A stretch of 64,000 nucleotides of DNA from a virus, in IMG/VR virus record IMGVR_UViG_3300042691_032880, positions 1-64,000 of that record. One strand, given 5' to 3'. The notes under the pieces are model-generated. The model was not told the origin of the DNA and ran no database searches. It saw only the letters and a list, made by a program, of their open reading frames with translations. Of this stretch, positions 16,547 to 25,206 are shown piece after piece. The translations under genes were made by a program, and so were the position numbers. Position 1 is the first letter of the stretch. Every line of letters begins with the position of its first letter.

Positions 16547-18826
16547 TCAGGGTATTCTTACTGCTCCAATGGAGTTGGTAGCTTGGTCATGGTACAGGTA
16601 TGTACCAGTGGTAGCACCAGGAGCTATGATCACAGCAGCTGCGGCTGCGTAGTTAGCATATGAAGGAAGACAATCGTTAGAGATAATGGTGGAGTTTGGA
16701 ATTGCATTATTGGCTCCTGCAGCATTACCAAGTGCGACAACATAGTTTGCAGTATTGGTTTGTGCAGCACCTGAACCCATAGCAACTACAAAATCTCCAG
16801 AGTTACCTGCACCTGCAAGTACACCTATCGCATGAAGCTTGTCACCAGTGTTCGCATTACCTGCGCTCTTACCAATGGCAACCACTTCGATTCCAATGTT
16901 GTTGAATCCTGCACCTTGTCCAATCAAGGTAGCATCAGCACCTGTCTGGTTCTGACCTGCGTTCTCACCAATGGCAATCGCATCATCTGCAGTGTTACCT
17001 GACAGTGCATTGTTACCTATGGCAACCACATCATCACCTGTGTTGGTCAGAGCTGCATTCTTACCAAGTGCAACAACATCGATTCCACTGTTGGCACCAG
17101 CAGCATCGGAACCAAGTCCAATTACATCGCTGGCACCTGTGTTGTTTTCACCCGCATCAGTTCCAATGAAGAGGAGACCATTATCAATTGCCTTGCTTGC
17201 AATAAGGACTTCCTGTATTCCACAGCATGCTTGAACTGGATTAATATAGATTAACTCGTCAAGTGCTGGAATAGTAGCAGGAGCAATAGTTACCCAAAGG
17301 TTATTTGCAGGATCTACAATCTCAGCAGGAGTCACTGTAGGATCTCCTCCAAAGTCAACAGTTTGGAAGTTCCACACGTTGTCTCCTACGTTCCTGAACA
17401 TTGTATAAGTACCTCCGAAAAGAGTTGGTAAAGGAAGTGTAGGAACTACAGGATATTGTGAATAAATACGTATATTTCTAAGCTCAACTACAGGTTTTTT
17501 ACCTGGAACACCTGGAGGATATGCTTCTATATTAATAACTGAAGTTGGAGATGTATTGACAATTGCAAATGGATATACATATACTGTGTCAATCATATAT
17601 CTAGCAGTTCCACCTGATTCTGCTAAAATTCCTCCAGTTTTTAAAGTAATTAGAGCATTTATCCATCCTTGAGGAGCGTATCCATTATTAATGCTTGTAT
17701 ATAATGTATTATAAGTTATATTAGTAACCTTACAACCATATCCACCTGGTGAACCAGCGAATCCCGAAGTTCCTGAATCGTAATATACTCCATGATTAAA
17801 TTTTGTAGTTCCACTAAGTAAAATGTGAGATATTTCTACAGATACACCTCCAATAACTTTTATACATATATCTTGAGAAAGCGTATCATTAATTGTTATT
17901 TGAGTTATAAGGACATTTGAACATCCAACAGCAGTTGTACCAAACCAATTACCAGATTGAAGCAAAATACTATTAGTTGTAACACCAATAGTTGATATAT
18001 TTTTAATAACTAAACTGTCACATGTTTCTATTCTAAGACCAATATCAAAATTGTTTATAACAATGTTTTCTATAATCGAATTATTTGAAGCAGCTAACAT
18101 TAAAAATGAATATCCACTTCCTTGCCAAACACCAGTACCTCCATCTGCTGCAAAGTTTTTAAACGTAATAGCTGTTTGAGCCATTTGTAATGCAACGCTA
18201 GCATTTACAGGATAACGAACAAAAAAGTCAAATTGATTATTATTTGCTTTTTTAAATGTGGCTCCGTTACCATCAATCACGATTGACCCATTGATAGGTG
18301 TAATAGGTGGAAATCCACCACTAAGACCTACAGGAAGATCAACACCTCTTGTAAGGTGATATGTCTTGGGTTCAAATGTCAATGAGTTTGCATTTACAGG
18401 AAGACCTGTTCCAGCACTTGGAGTAGCATTCAATGCAATCATATCATCCATGAACTTCATTGCATACCTGATAGCTGTGGTATCATAGTTATCAGTGGTG
18501 GTAGCAAAGCCAGGTCCATACCAGGAGTCAAGCTGCAATTGGCTTACACCAAGCTGAGCGTAGGTATTAGGAATAGTTACACTGTTTTGACATCCGAACC
18601 AGCTTACTGAGATTGGACCATCGAATGAACGAATCCAGTATCCTGTAACAGCATTCACAGGTTTGATCCTGACACCAGGAATATTGGTTATGGTGGTATT
18701 GTTTACACCACCTACCCAGCGGAAGATACCTCCGCCAGTAGTTGTATTGCGATCGAATGCCCCAATCACATGTGAGGAATACGTTGTGGAATTCGCGAGA
18801 TCCCAGAAATACTTATAGAATGCCAT
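16547..18826 (-). CDS. Tail spike/fibre: pectate-lyase-like beta-helix plus C-terminal beta-roll repeats
   Basis: N-terminal GGGIFRW/YWIR tailspike-like domain, VSWFG...DTTAI helix cap, IDGNGAT beta-helix, about ten 16-17 aa GxxAxxxNxGxxVVAI repeats. Confidence 0.75.
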   Translation of the reverse strand: MAFYKYFWDLANSTTYSSHVIGAFDRNTTTGGGIFRWVGGVNNTTITNIPGVRIKPVNAVTGYWIRSFDGPISVSWFGCQNSVTIPNTYAQLGVSQLQLDSWYGPGFATTTDNYDTTAIRYAMKFMDDMIALNATPSAGTGLPVNANSLTFEPKTYHLTRGVDLPVGLSGGFPPITPINGSIVIDGNGATFKKANNNQFDFFVRYPVNASVALQMAQTAITFKNFAADGGTGVWQGSGYSFLMLAASNNSIIENIVINNFDIGLRIETCDSLVIKNISTIGVTTNSILLQSGNWFGTTAVGCSNVLITQITINDTLSQDICIKVIGGVSVEISHILLSGTTKFNHGVYYDSGTSGFAGSPGGYGCKVTNITYNTLYTSINNGYAPQGWINALITLKTGGILAESGGTARYMIDTVYVYPFAIVNTSPTSVINIEAYPPGVPGKKPVVELRNIRIYSQYPVVPTLPLPTLFGGTYTMFRNVGDNVWNFQTVDFGGDPTVTPAEIVDPANNLWVTIAPATIPALDELIYINPVQACCGIQEVLIASKAIDNGLLFIGTDAGENNTGASDVIGLGSDAAGANSGIDVVALGKNAALTNTGDDVVAIGNNALSGNTADDAIAIGENAGQNQTGADATLIGQGAGFNNIGIEVVAIGKSAGNANTGDKLHAIGVLAGAGNSGDFVVAMGSGAAQTNTANYVVALGNAAGANNAIPNSTIISNDCLPSYANYAAAAAVIIAPGATTGTYLYHDQATNSIGAVRIP

Positions 18827-18828
18827 GT

Positions 18829-20010
18829 TTAGATGTATTTGTTGTTTACAAAGATTGAGTCAGCAAGAATGATTTTGGATTCGTCAAAGAACTCCGCATA
18901 ACGGTGGCGAGGAATAAGTCCTTGATACCAGCGTGCAGCTCCGAATATGTTACGTCCATCGTATATTTCTTTGAACTCCCAGGTCATCACATCTGAAATA
19001 GGTGTAATGTCGCAAGATACTCCAGCTGGGATACCACCTTGAGTCCTGAACAATGCACTTTGAGGAAGCCAAGGTACGTTTTCTACGTATAAATGAGGAT
19101 TCGGCATATTGTTTACCACATATGCATTTCCTTCGACAATCACCATTTGGGAAGTTCCATCGGAAGTTATGTATAAACCATCGATTTTTGCAAATCCAGT
19201 GGACATATACAGATGTATCATCGCACCCTTTACCAAGGGATCAGCGGTAAGTGCTACACCGAAACCGCTGTAATTGCGTATCTGAACGTTGTTTATCTCA
19301 TTGGGTGTGGAAACCAGCGGTTGGTTGACGTCGATTCCGTAGAACATCAACTGAAGAGTAGCACATTCATAATATGCAACTCTTGCAGTAGAGTATGATC
19401 TGAAACCTGTAACGGTAGGACCTGAGTTGCTATCGCAGTTAACAGTACAGTTGGTATAAGTAATGTCATTACAACGGGTATTTACATTGGTTCCATCGAT
19501 TGTGTCTGTAAATCCAGCCAAACGAATGCCGTCCGCATGACAATTGGTGATCGTTGCACGATTTATGTTTACAAGGACAAGTCCTCTTTTGCAGTTAAGA
19601 AAGCGGCAGTTTTCGAATATGACATTGGTTGCGGTATACAACTCAACACAAGTCATTGCTGTTCCCCTGCAATCAAAGTTGACATTCCTGAATACAATGC
19701 TGCATAGTTTGTTGTCCTGACCTGGGGTATTCCTTTTAATGAGAGGAATATCCGTACCAAAACCCGCGGCTGTGTTTGGACGTATGGTTACACCGTTACC
19801 TTCAATGATCAAGGTCTTTGAAAAGTTCCCTACGAAGTTGGGTGGAATAACCAGAGTGGAAGCAAGTTCCATAACATCACCTCCCAAACCAGGAGTACCA
19901 GCAGTCTGCTCAATACTGATAGTGGTATAATCAATGTTATTGAAGATCGTACTCTGTACAGCAGTTACGAAATCAGCTGCATTGGTAGCTATATATTTGT
20001 TTACAGACAT
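18829..20010 (-). CDS. Right-handed beta-helix protein (tail spike-like)
   Basis: IIEGNGVTI, IVFRNVNFD, VIFENCRF and ITYTNCT parallel beta-helix rungs. Confidence 0.7.
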   Translation of the reverse strand: MSVNKYIATNAADFVTAVQSTIFNNIDYTTISIEQTAGTPGLGGDVMELASTLVIPPNFVGNFSKTLIIEGNGVTIRPNTAAGFGTDIPLIKRNTPGQDNKLCSIVFRNVNFDCRGTAMTCVELYTATNVIFENCRFLNCKRGLVLVNINRATITNCHADGIRLAGFTDTIDGTNVNTRCNDITYTNCTVNCDSNSGPTVTGFRSYSTARVAYYECATLQLMFYGIDVNQPLVSTPNEINNVQIRNYSGFGVALTADPLVKGAMIHLYMSTGFAKIDGLYITSDGTSQMVIVEGNAYVVNNMPNPHLYVENVPWLPQSALFRTQGGIPAGVSCDITPISDVMTWEFKEIYDGRNIFGAARWYQGLIPRHRYAEFFDESKIILADSIFVNNKYI

Positions 20011-20011
20011 G

Positions 20012-20560
20012 TTATAGTGGTTTTATGAACCTTAATACGGAAATGACTCCTGCTGCGATTATCAGAATTATAAGACCTATGAAGTAACTTTTGTAGCAAC
20101 GCAGTTCCTTTTTGAGTTCTTGTATGTTTGCCAGATTGGTTTCAATCACTCCTTTTTGACGATTGATCTCATCATCTCTGGATTCCAGATCCATTTTGAG
20201 TACGTCCTCGTATTTTGTATCCCTGATGTAGTTGTCTACGGTCTTGATCACCTCCCTGGTTCTTTCTTTTATTACTTCACTAACCATCAGGTATCCATCT
20301 TCTAGGCGTATCCAGGTACCAGATGCCAAAACTGTATCAAACTCACATTCAGTGCCTACAAATATAGTGTCAGAAACACTTGTAGTGTACACATAGACCG
20401 TATCTTTTACGGTTGTAACCTTGGTCGTATCGTTTACACAGTAGCCACGTCTAACCGCTTCCTGAGCCACTTGTTCGAATTTCTCGTTGTCTTTGAGAAC
20501 CTTCTTTACAGGATTGCAGGAAAACAGCAGTATCGCAGATATGTATATCAGATATTTCAA
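20012..20560 (-). CDS. Lipoprotein with C-terminal TM helix (unimolecular-spanin-like)
   Basis: Lipobox LLFS-C at residue 15, coiled coil, C-terminal TM FIGLIILIIAAGVISVL; coupled to the holin-like gene. Confidence 0.6.
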   Translation of the reverse strand: MKYLIYISAILLFSCNPVKKVLKDNEKFEQVAQEAVRRGYCVNDTTKVTTVKDTVYVYTTSVSDTIFVGTECEFDTVLASGTWIRLEDGYLMVSEVIKERTREVIKTVDNYIRDTKYEDVLKMDLESRDDEINRQKGVIETNLANIQELKKELRCYKSYFIGLIILIIAAGVISVLRFIKPL

Positions 20561-20877
20561 GCTGTTTCTTCCTGTGGTTTAGGTACTTGTGGTTCTTCTT
20601 CTTTCTTGGCAATCATCTTATACCAAGGTGTTGAAACAGGACCTTGATACGCCAAAGGTTTATTGTCGCTGCACACTCTTTGTCTCACGCGGTCAATCTC
20701 CTTTTCAAGCATGTCAATCTTCATACTAGAGGCCGCATCGCGTGCTAACAAAGTCTTTACGTCAGTCTTAAGTTCGGATAATTCCGCCCACAACATGACT
20801 CCGAGTATTGTAATCAACCCTGGGGTGATGTATTCTTTGACCCTGGATACAATAGGGTCTTTACCTGAACTGCTCAT
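20557..20877 (-). CDS. Single-TM coiled-coil protein, possible holin
   Basis: TM ITPGLITILGVMLW followed by a coiled coil; next to the spanin-like gene. Confidence 0.45.
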   Translation of the reverse strand: MSSSGKDPIVSRVKEYITPGLITILGVMLWAELSELKTDVKTLLARDAASSMKIDMLEKEIDRVRQRVCSDNKPLAYQGPVSTPWYKMIAKKEEEPQVPKPQEETA

Positions 20878-21015
20878 TTCCTAATAGATACATATATATT
20901 ACAATTAGAATTTAATAAAAAAAAGCGTTAAAAACAAGTGTTTTGCTTTCTTATTACGATATTGCATCTACAAGGCGTGGATGCTTAGTGCCATAAACTA
21001 TTAACCTATTTCATT

Positions 21016-21600
21016 ATGAGAGAATTATTTCAACTGTTGAAAGACAATGAATTGACGCCAAACGGGTATTATGTATTACATTGTATTGAAAACAATGCAA
21101 TCATGGACCTGCAGCTGGCGTATAGTACGGAGATGCACCGACTTAAGCTACAAGGATTTCTGGATGAAAAGTCCAACTTAACCGACAAATCAATCAAGGT
21201 TTTAAACCAAGCAGCAGTCATAGAACCTAAGAAAAGTAAAGGTGTTAAAGAAGTAATTACCCAGGATTTTAAACAAAACTTATTGAAATACAGGGAGTTA
21301 TTTCCTACAACAAAGGATGCAGGACGACCTGTAAGAAGTACAATGGTAGACTTAGAACCAAGAATGCAGTGGTTTTTCAGAACATATCCTGACTATACAT
21401 GGGATATGATCCTGAATGCTACTCGCAAGTATATCGAATCTCAAAGCGGAGACTACAGGTATTGCATGACTTCAGCATATTTCATTAAGAAGGATGACAA
21501 AAACCGTAGTACATTATCTACATTAGCTACGTGGTGTGAAGCTGAAAATGACGAGCAACCTGATTCAAACCCATTTGTAGGATTTAACAGATTAGTCTGA
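21016..21600 (+). CDS. Putative wHTH / replisome-organiser-like protein
   Basis: 194 aa; N-terminal LTPNGYYVL...LKLQGFL wHTH-like part; C-terminal YRELFP...ILNATRKYI...SAYFI helical domain resembling phage replication initiators. Confidence 0.45.
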   Translation: MRELFQLLKDNELTPNGYYVLHCIENNAIMDLQLAYSTEMHRLKLQGFLDEKSNLTDKSIKVLNQAAVIEPKKSKGVKEVITQDFKQNLLKYRELFPTTKDAGRPVRSTMVDLEPRMQWFFRTYPDYTWDMILNATRKYIESQSGDYRYCMTSAYFIKKDDKNRSTLSTLATWCEAENDEQPDSNPFVGFNRLV

Positions 21601-21606
21601 TAATCA

Positions 21607-21897
21607 ATGAGAAGCAACAACGAATGTAATAACTGTCCTATTAAAGCAGGAGCTATGGAAAAGAAACTAGAGTTTGTATTAAGTATTGAAATTGAAGATG
21701 ATGATGTCCGTGTAGGGTTGTACAACCTAGAAGACGTATTTGACGTGGAGGATGACAATACGGAGCCGCAAGGTCCCGTATTGTACCCCTCTGGGTCTAC
21801 GACTTATGGTATGGAGTATATCAGTACCACTACAGCTGAGGTATCAAACATAACGTTTGTCATACCGCTGGAATACGGTGATCCTGAAAAAGAGTAA
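21607..21897 (+). CDS. Acidic hypothetical protein
   Basis: 96 aa, 6 nt after the upstream gene; CxxC near the N-terminus. Confidence 0.55.
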   Translation: MRSNNECNNCPIKAGAMEKKLEFVLSIEIEDDDVRVGLYNLEDVFDVEDDNTEPQGPVLYPSGSTTYGMEYISTTTAEVSNITFVIPLEYGDPEKE

Positions 21898-21919
21898 AGG
21901 TCCCCCGAAGAGAACCTTT
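21884..21919 (-). terminator. cUUCGg-capped hairpin ending the - strand small-gene operon
   Basis: - strand AAAGGTTCTC-TTCG-GGGGACCTTT followed by ACTCTTTTT; the two G-U pairs work only on the - strand. Confidence 0.7.
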
Positions 21920-21963
21920 ACAACCCTTTTAAAAGCGACAAATGGAAGCCTCTACAAAGTTAA

Positions 21964-22128
21964 TCAATGCTCGCCATAATGACAAGGCATCACCTTTGCT
22001 TTTGGATTCATGTTCGGTTTAACACCCTTGCTACCAGGGGTGGTCTGAACTGAAACTTTGGGATTCAACCCTACAATAGTCCCCTTTGATCCAGGAGTCT
22101 TTTGTACTGTTACTTTTTGATTTTTCAT
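21964..22128 (-). CDS. 54-aa basic protein with 19-aa internal repeats (not in ORF track)
   Basis: MKNQKVTVQKTPGSKGTIVGLNPKVSVQTTPGSKGVKPNMNPKAKVMPCHYGEH*; starts 2 nt after the upstream stop. Confidence 0.7.
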   Translation of the reverse strand: MKNQKVTVQKTPGSKGTIVGLNPKVSVQTTPGSKGVKPNMNPKAKVMPCHYGEH

Positions 22129-22130
22129 GA

Positions 22131-22271
22131 TTAGCCTTTTTTACCACCATACTTATAGGTGCTTCCACCCATTCCTTTGGATGAAACTTTTCCTTTAGTA
22201 CCACCTTTTGCCATGTAAGCTGAATCGGTTTTACCACCCATTGCTTTTTTTGGTTTACTTGTTTTTTTCAT
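22131..22271 (-). CDS. 46-aa Lys/Gly-rich protein with four GG motifs (not in ORF track)
   Basis: MKKTSKPKKAMGGKTDSAYMAKGGTKGKVSSKGMGGSTYKYGGKKG*; A-rich leader. Confidence 0.7.
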   Translation of the reverse strand: MKKTSKPKKAMGGKTDSAYMAKGGTKGKVSSKGMGGSTYKYGGKKG

Positions 22272-22297
22272 TGCTTTAGTTTTTTAGTTGGTTAGAG

Positions 22298-22573
22298 TTA
22301 TTTTTTACGTTTATTCTTCTTAGCACCTGCGATACGGTCAGCTGCTGTAATCTTATCATATGGAGGAGCTAAAGCTGCAAACTTCTTTGCTTTGGTTGTT
22401 CCACCCTTCTTGTACATGGCATAGTTGCTCATGGTGTCACCTGAGATAGCCATAGGTTCCTTTGGTGAACGTTTATCTAGTGTAGCACGTTTAGCGATAC
22501 CTGCGGTACTTTTTGTTGACTTCCCTGTTTTTCTGGCGGGTGAAGTCTTCGCCTTTCCTTTGTTCTGTGACAT
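22298..22573 (-). CDS. Small Lys-rich protein
   Basis: 91 aa; YKKGG motif and KKFAALAPPYDKITAADRIAGA module. Confidence 0.75.
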   Translation of the reverse strand: MSQNKGKAKTSPARKTGKSTKSTAGIAKRATLDKRSPKEPMAISGDTMSNYAMYKKGGTTKAKKFAALAPPYDKITAADRIAGAKKNKRKK

Positions 22574-22574
22574 G

Positions 22575-22766
22575 TTATTTCTTTTTACGCATTTTACCTA
22601 ATGTTTGAGCGAGTGCAGCTTGACGCTTGGTACGCGTACTCGCCTTACTACCTTCCTTCAATACGCTTTTAGCATACGCACTGACGGACTTACCTGCTGC
22701 TTTAGCTTTAGCGGTGAACGCACCTGGACGTTTGATCGCCTTCTGTATCCAGTTTTTTTCAGCCAT
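22575..22766 (-). CDS. Small Lys-rich protein
   Basis: 63 aa; KNWIQKAIKRPGAFTAKAK...LAQTLGKM, a pattern recalled from small phage proteins. Confidence 0.8.
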   Translation of the reverse strand: MAEKNWIQKAIKRPGAFTAKAKAAGKSVSAYAKSVLKEGSKASTRTKRQAALAQTLGKMRKKK

Positions 22767-22768
22767 GG

Positions 22769-22987
22769 TTACTTCTTCTTTTTTGTGGTCTTACCTGTAG
22801 TACTACCACCCATAACTAACTTGTTAAGGTCTGAAGCTGCTTTTTGGATATCGCGCATCATTCCTCCGTCTTTTCTGATTTGATCAGCTCTTTGTAAAGT
22901 ACGCATAGCGTCTTCAATTTCATATTGACGCATGCGTTTTGTGTCTTCTGGAGACATTCTGATAGGTGTTGGTTTCAGCTTTGCCAT
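22769..22987 (-). CDS. Small basic protein
   Basis: 72 aa; YEIEDAMRTLQRADQIRKD helix, poly-K tail, two GG motifs. Confidence 0.75.
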   Translation of the reverse strand: MAKLKPTPIRMSPEDTKRMRQYEIEDAMRTLQRADQIRKDGGMMRDIQKAASDLNKLVMGGSTTGKTTKKKK

Positions 22988-23016
22988 GATTTGGTTGGTT
23001 TAGACTGTAAATATAA

Positions 23017-23298
23017 TTAGCAATTCCATTTTCGCAAAGACTTGTTAATCCTTGAGTTAGGATCATTGGCTGTCTTAGCTGAAGTAAGCTTGGCTTTCAT
23101 ACCTTTCATCCTGGAACAGAATGACTTACGACGCTTTGCATCTTTACTTCCCTTCTTAATCTTGGAAGGTTTGGTGGTCACTGCGGTCTGCAGCTTACTA
23201 CCAGGATTAGCTCTACGATAGGATGCAACACCTTTGGCATTGAGACCCCCCTTGGGATCTTTACCTTCTTTGCGTTGCCATGCTGGTGACTTTGCCAT
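23017..23298 (-). CDS. DUF6321-like small basic protein
   Basis: MAKSPAWQRKEGKDPKGGLNAKG...RRKSFCSRM...SRINKSLRKWNC. Confidence 0.8.
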   Translation of the reverse strand: MAKSPAWQRKEGKDPKGGLNAKGVASYRRANPGSKLQTAVTTKPSKIKKGSKDAKRRKSFCSRMKGMKAKLTSAKTANDPNSRINKSLRKWNC

Positions 23299-23300
23299 TG

Positions 23301-23543
23301 TTACTTCTTCTTTCCTTTATACTTATAATCAGGATTATCCTTATGCCACTTCTTGGTTGCGGCGACCCCTTGTTTTACTGTCTTTGCCTTACCTATTTTG
23401 GTCAGGTTGATCGTGTCCCACTTACCCTTGTCCTTGGTAGGATGATTGACCATGATGTCTCCAGGTTCTCCTTTGCCACGCTTGGTAGTCTTCTTGTAGA
23501 CTACATGCTTCTCACCACCTGCAGTTACCTTAGTCTTCTTCAT
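23301..23543 (-). CDS. Small Lys-rich protein
   Basis: 80 aa; ATGA overlap with the upstream gene. Confidence 0.75.
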   Translation of the reverse strand: MKKTKVTAGGEKHVVYKKTTKRGKGEPGDIMVNHPTKDKGKWDTINLTKIGKAKTVKQGVAATKKWHKDNPDYKYKGKKK

Positions 23544-23695
23544 TTCTTCTTGGACTTCGCCTTGATCTTACGCTCTTGTTTGAGCATCTCAGCTGTAGGT
23601 TTCTTACCTGATCCTTTGTTGGCGCGGATGTTGTCCCACAATCCTCGTTGGGAGTAGGAACCATCAGCACGCTTTATCATCTGTTTCTTTTTCAT
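23540..23695 (-). CDS. 51-aa Lys-rich protein
   Basis: MKKKQMIKRADGSYSQRGLWDNIRANKGSGKKPTAEMLKQERKIKAKSKKK; ATG at 23695 forms an ATGA overlap with the upstream stop. Confidence 0.75.
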   Translation of the reverse strand: MKKKQMIKRADGSYSQRGLWDNIRANKGSGKKPTAEMLKQERKIKAKSKKK

Positions 23696-25206
23696 GGACA
23701 AGCTATTTGTACAAAATAATAATATGTTCCTGGTAATAATGCTGATTCCATATATGGTCCTGAGAATGGAGGAGCATACCATGTATTGAATACACGTATC
23801 TGGAAGTCTCCACTTGGAAGAGTGGTTACTTGAGCAGTGCAACCTGCTCCATATAATGCTTGATATATCTGGGTTAGAATACTGCTTGAAAAAACATTAT
23901 CAGCAAGATCCATTGGACCAAATATGTAACTATTATAAAAATCTATTTTTACACTACCAAGTGCTTCATATAAGTTAGCCAAATATTGATCGGTTGAAGG
24001 AACTACAAGTTCCATGCATCCAGATTGACATGTTGGATTTGGTGCACTCCAACCAAATGGTTTCTGAATGTAGGCTACACCTGGACCCACGTCTATGGTT
24101 ATAAGGTCTGCATATCCAGTGTTGACATTGAAACAAAAATACCTTATTCCTGATAGAGGATCAATTGATGAAAATCCATAACCACCCATTAATCCACCAA
24201 GAGTGACATAACTAGCTGGATCATCAGCATCCAATCCATTGATTGTATATCCTGAAACAGGATATGGGACAGATCCATAACTTGTCCAGTAACAAGGAGC
24301 ACATGTTGGTATGGGATAAATGTTTGTACCATAACAAGTGAGTGCTCCAGGAACATATACAAAAGTTGATTGCAATGGGAATATAGGGGAATAACCTACG
24401 TTATAAAGACCACATGCTCCAAGAGTATATGAACCAGTTGGTGTTTCAGGTAAAGTCAATGGAATAATCTGAGGTCCGAATATCGCATACAAAGCCCTTT
24501 GCAGTCCAGATGTATTTGACAGGTTTATATTTGGAGTAAGAAGTATGTCATTTGGTGCTTGTCCAAGTATTGTTAGTTCATAATCCGCATCTATTGATGC
24601 AAATCCTCCACAAGTTGAAAAAAACAATGTATGCTGATATGCCTCATCGATATCAAAAACACAACTGACAGGCGTCCAAACAAGTGGAATGTCTACTGCA
24701 CCAGTTGCCTTCTTTTCAAAATGCGCACCCCAGTTTGGAGGAGTTGGAGATTCTATATATATGACTAATCTATCACGAGCTGGACCACAGTTACCCCAAA
24801 CAAGATATCCAAGAGCTTGTAGGTCAACAAACATGGTTGTCCAATCTCCAAAAAGAGAACCTGCTATAGTTGTAGAAGTATCTACATCATAAATACTGAC
24901 ATCATCAAACGTTCCAAAAGGATACATAACAGTTGCCGTATATACACAAGAAGCAGGAGCAAAGGATATGCACTTGAACAGCTGCGCCTTGTACCAAGGG
25001 TAAATCATGTACTTGTACTTACCCTCATTGAGAAGTCTCCAGGCAGCCGCAGGTTGGTTGTTGTCACCGTAGACCACCAGCTTCTCATACAGCTTACGCA
25101 TATGACGATAGTCCCAATTATAGGTGCCACCCCTTGGACCTTTCCAAGGCATGGACCGCATCTTCATGATGCAGTTCCATAATTGTTCTTTCTCAGCAGG
25201 TGTCAT
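23692..25206 (-). CDS. Probable virion accessory protein (Cys/Pro/Tyr/Gly-rich)
   Basis: 504 aa; basic N-terminal ~80 aa followed by a beta-rich, low-charge region. Confidence 0.6.
   Translation of the reverse strand: MTPAEKEQLWNCIMKMRSMPWKGPRGGTYNWDYRHMRKLYEKLVVYGDNNQPAAAWRLLNEGKYKYMIYPWYKAQLFKCISFAPASCVYTATVMYPFGTFDDVSIYDVDTSTTIAGSLFGDWTTMFVDLQALGYLVWGNCGPARDRLVIYIESPTPPNWGAHFEKKATGAVDIPLVWTPVSCVFDIDEAYQHTLFFSTCGGFASIDADYELTILGQAPNDILLTPNINLSNTSGLQRALYAIFGPQIIPLTLPETPTGSYTLGACGLYNVGYSPIFPLQSTFVYVPGALTCYGTNIYPIPTCAPCYWTSYGSVPYPVSGYTINGLDADDPASYVTLGGLMGGYGFSSIDPLSGIRYFCFNVNTGYADLITIDVGPGVAYIQKPFGWSAPNPTCQSGCMELVVPSTDQYLANLYEALGSVKIDFYNSYIFGPMDLADNVFSSSILTQIYQALYGAGCTAQVTTLPSGDFQIRVFNTWYAPPFSGPYMESALLPGTYYYFVQIACP

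Noticed and set aside
22031-22237. 68-aa ORF from the track
   Set aside because: It overlaps two better-supported ORFs in other frames (22131-22271 and 21964-22128) that fit the operon spacing and composition.
23696-23842. N-terminal extension of the 23540 ORF
   Set aside because: It lies inside the 504-aa gene; ATG at 23695 gives a clean ATGA coupling.
16547-25206. Diversity-generating retroelement targeting tail genes
   Set aside because: No reverse transcriptase and no TR/VR repeat pair seen by eye in this window.
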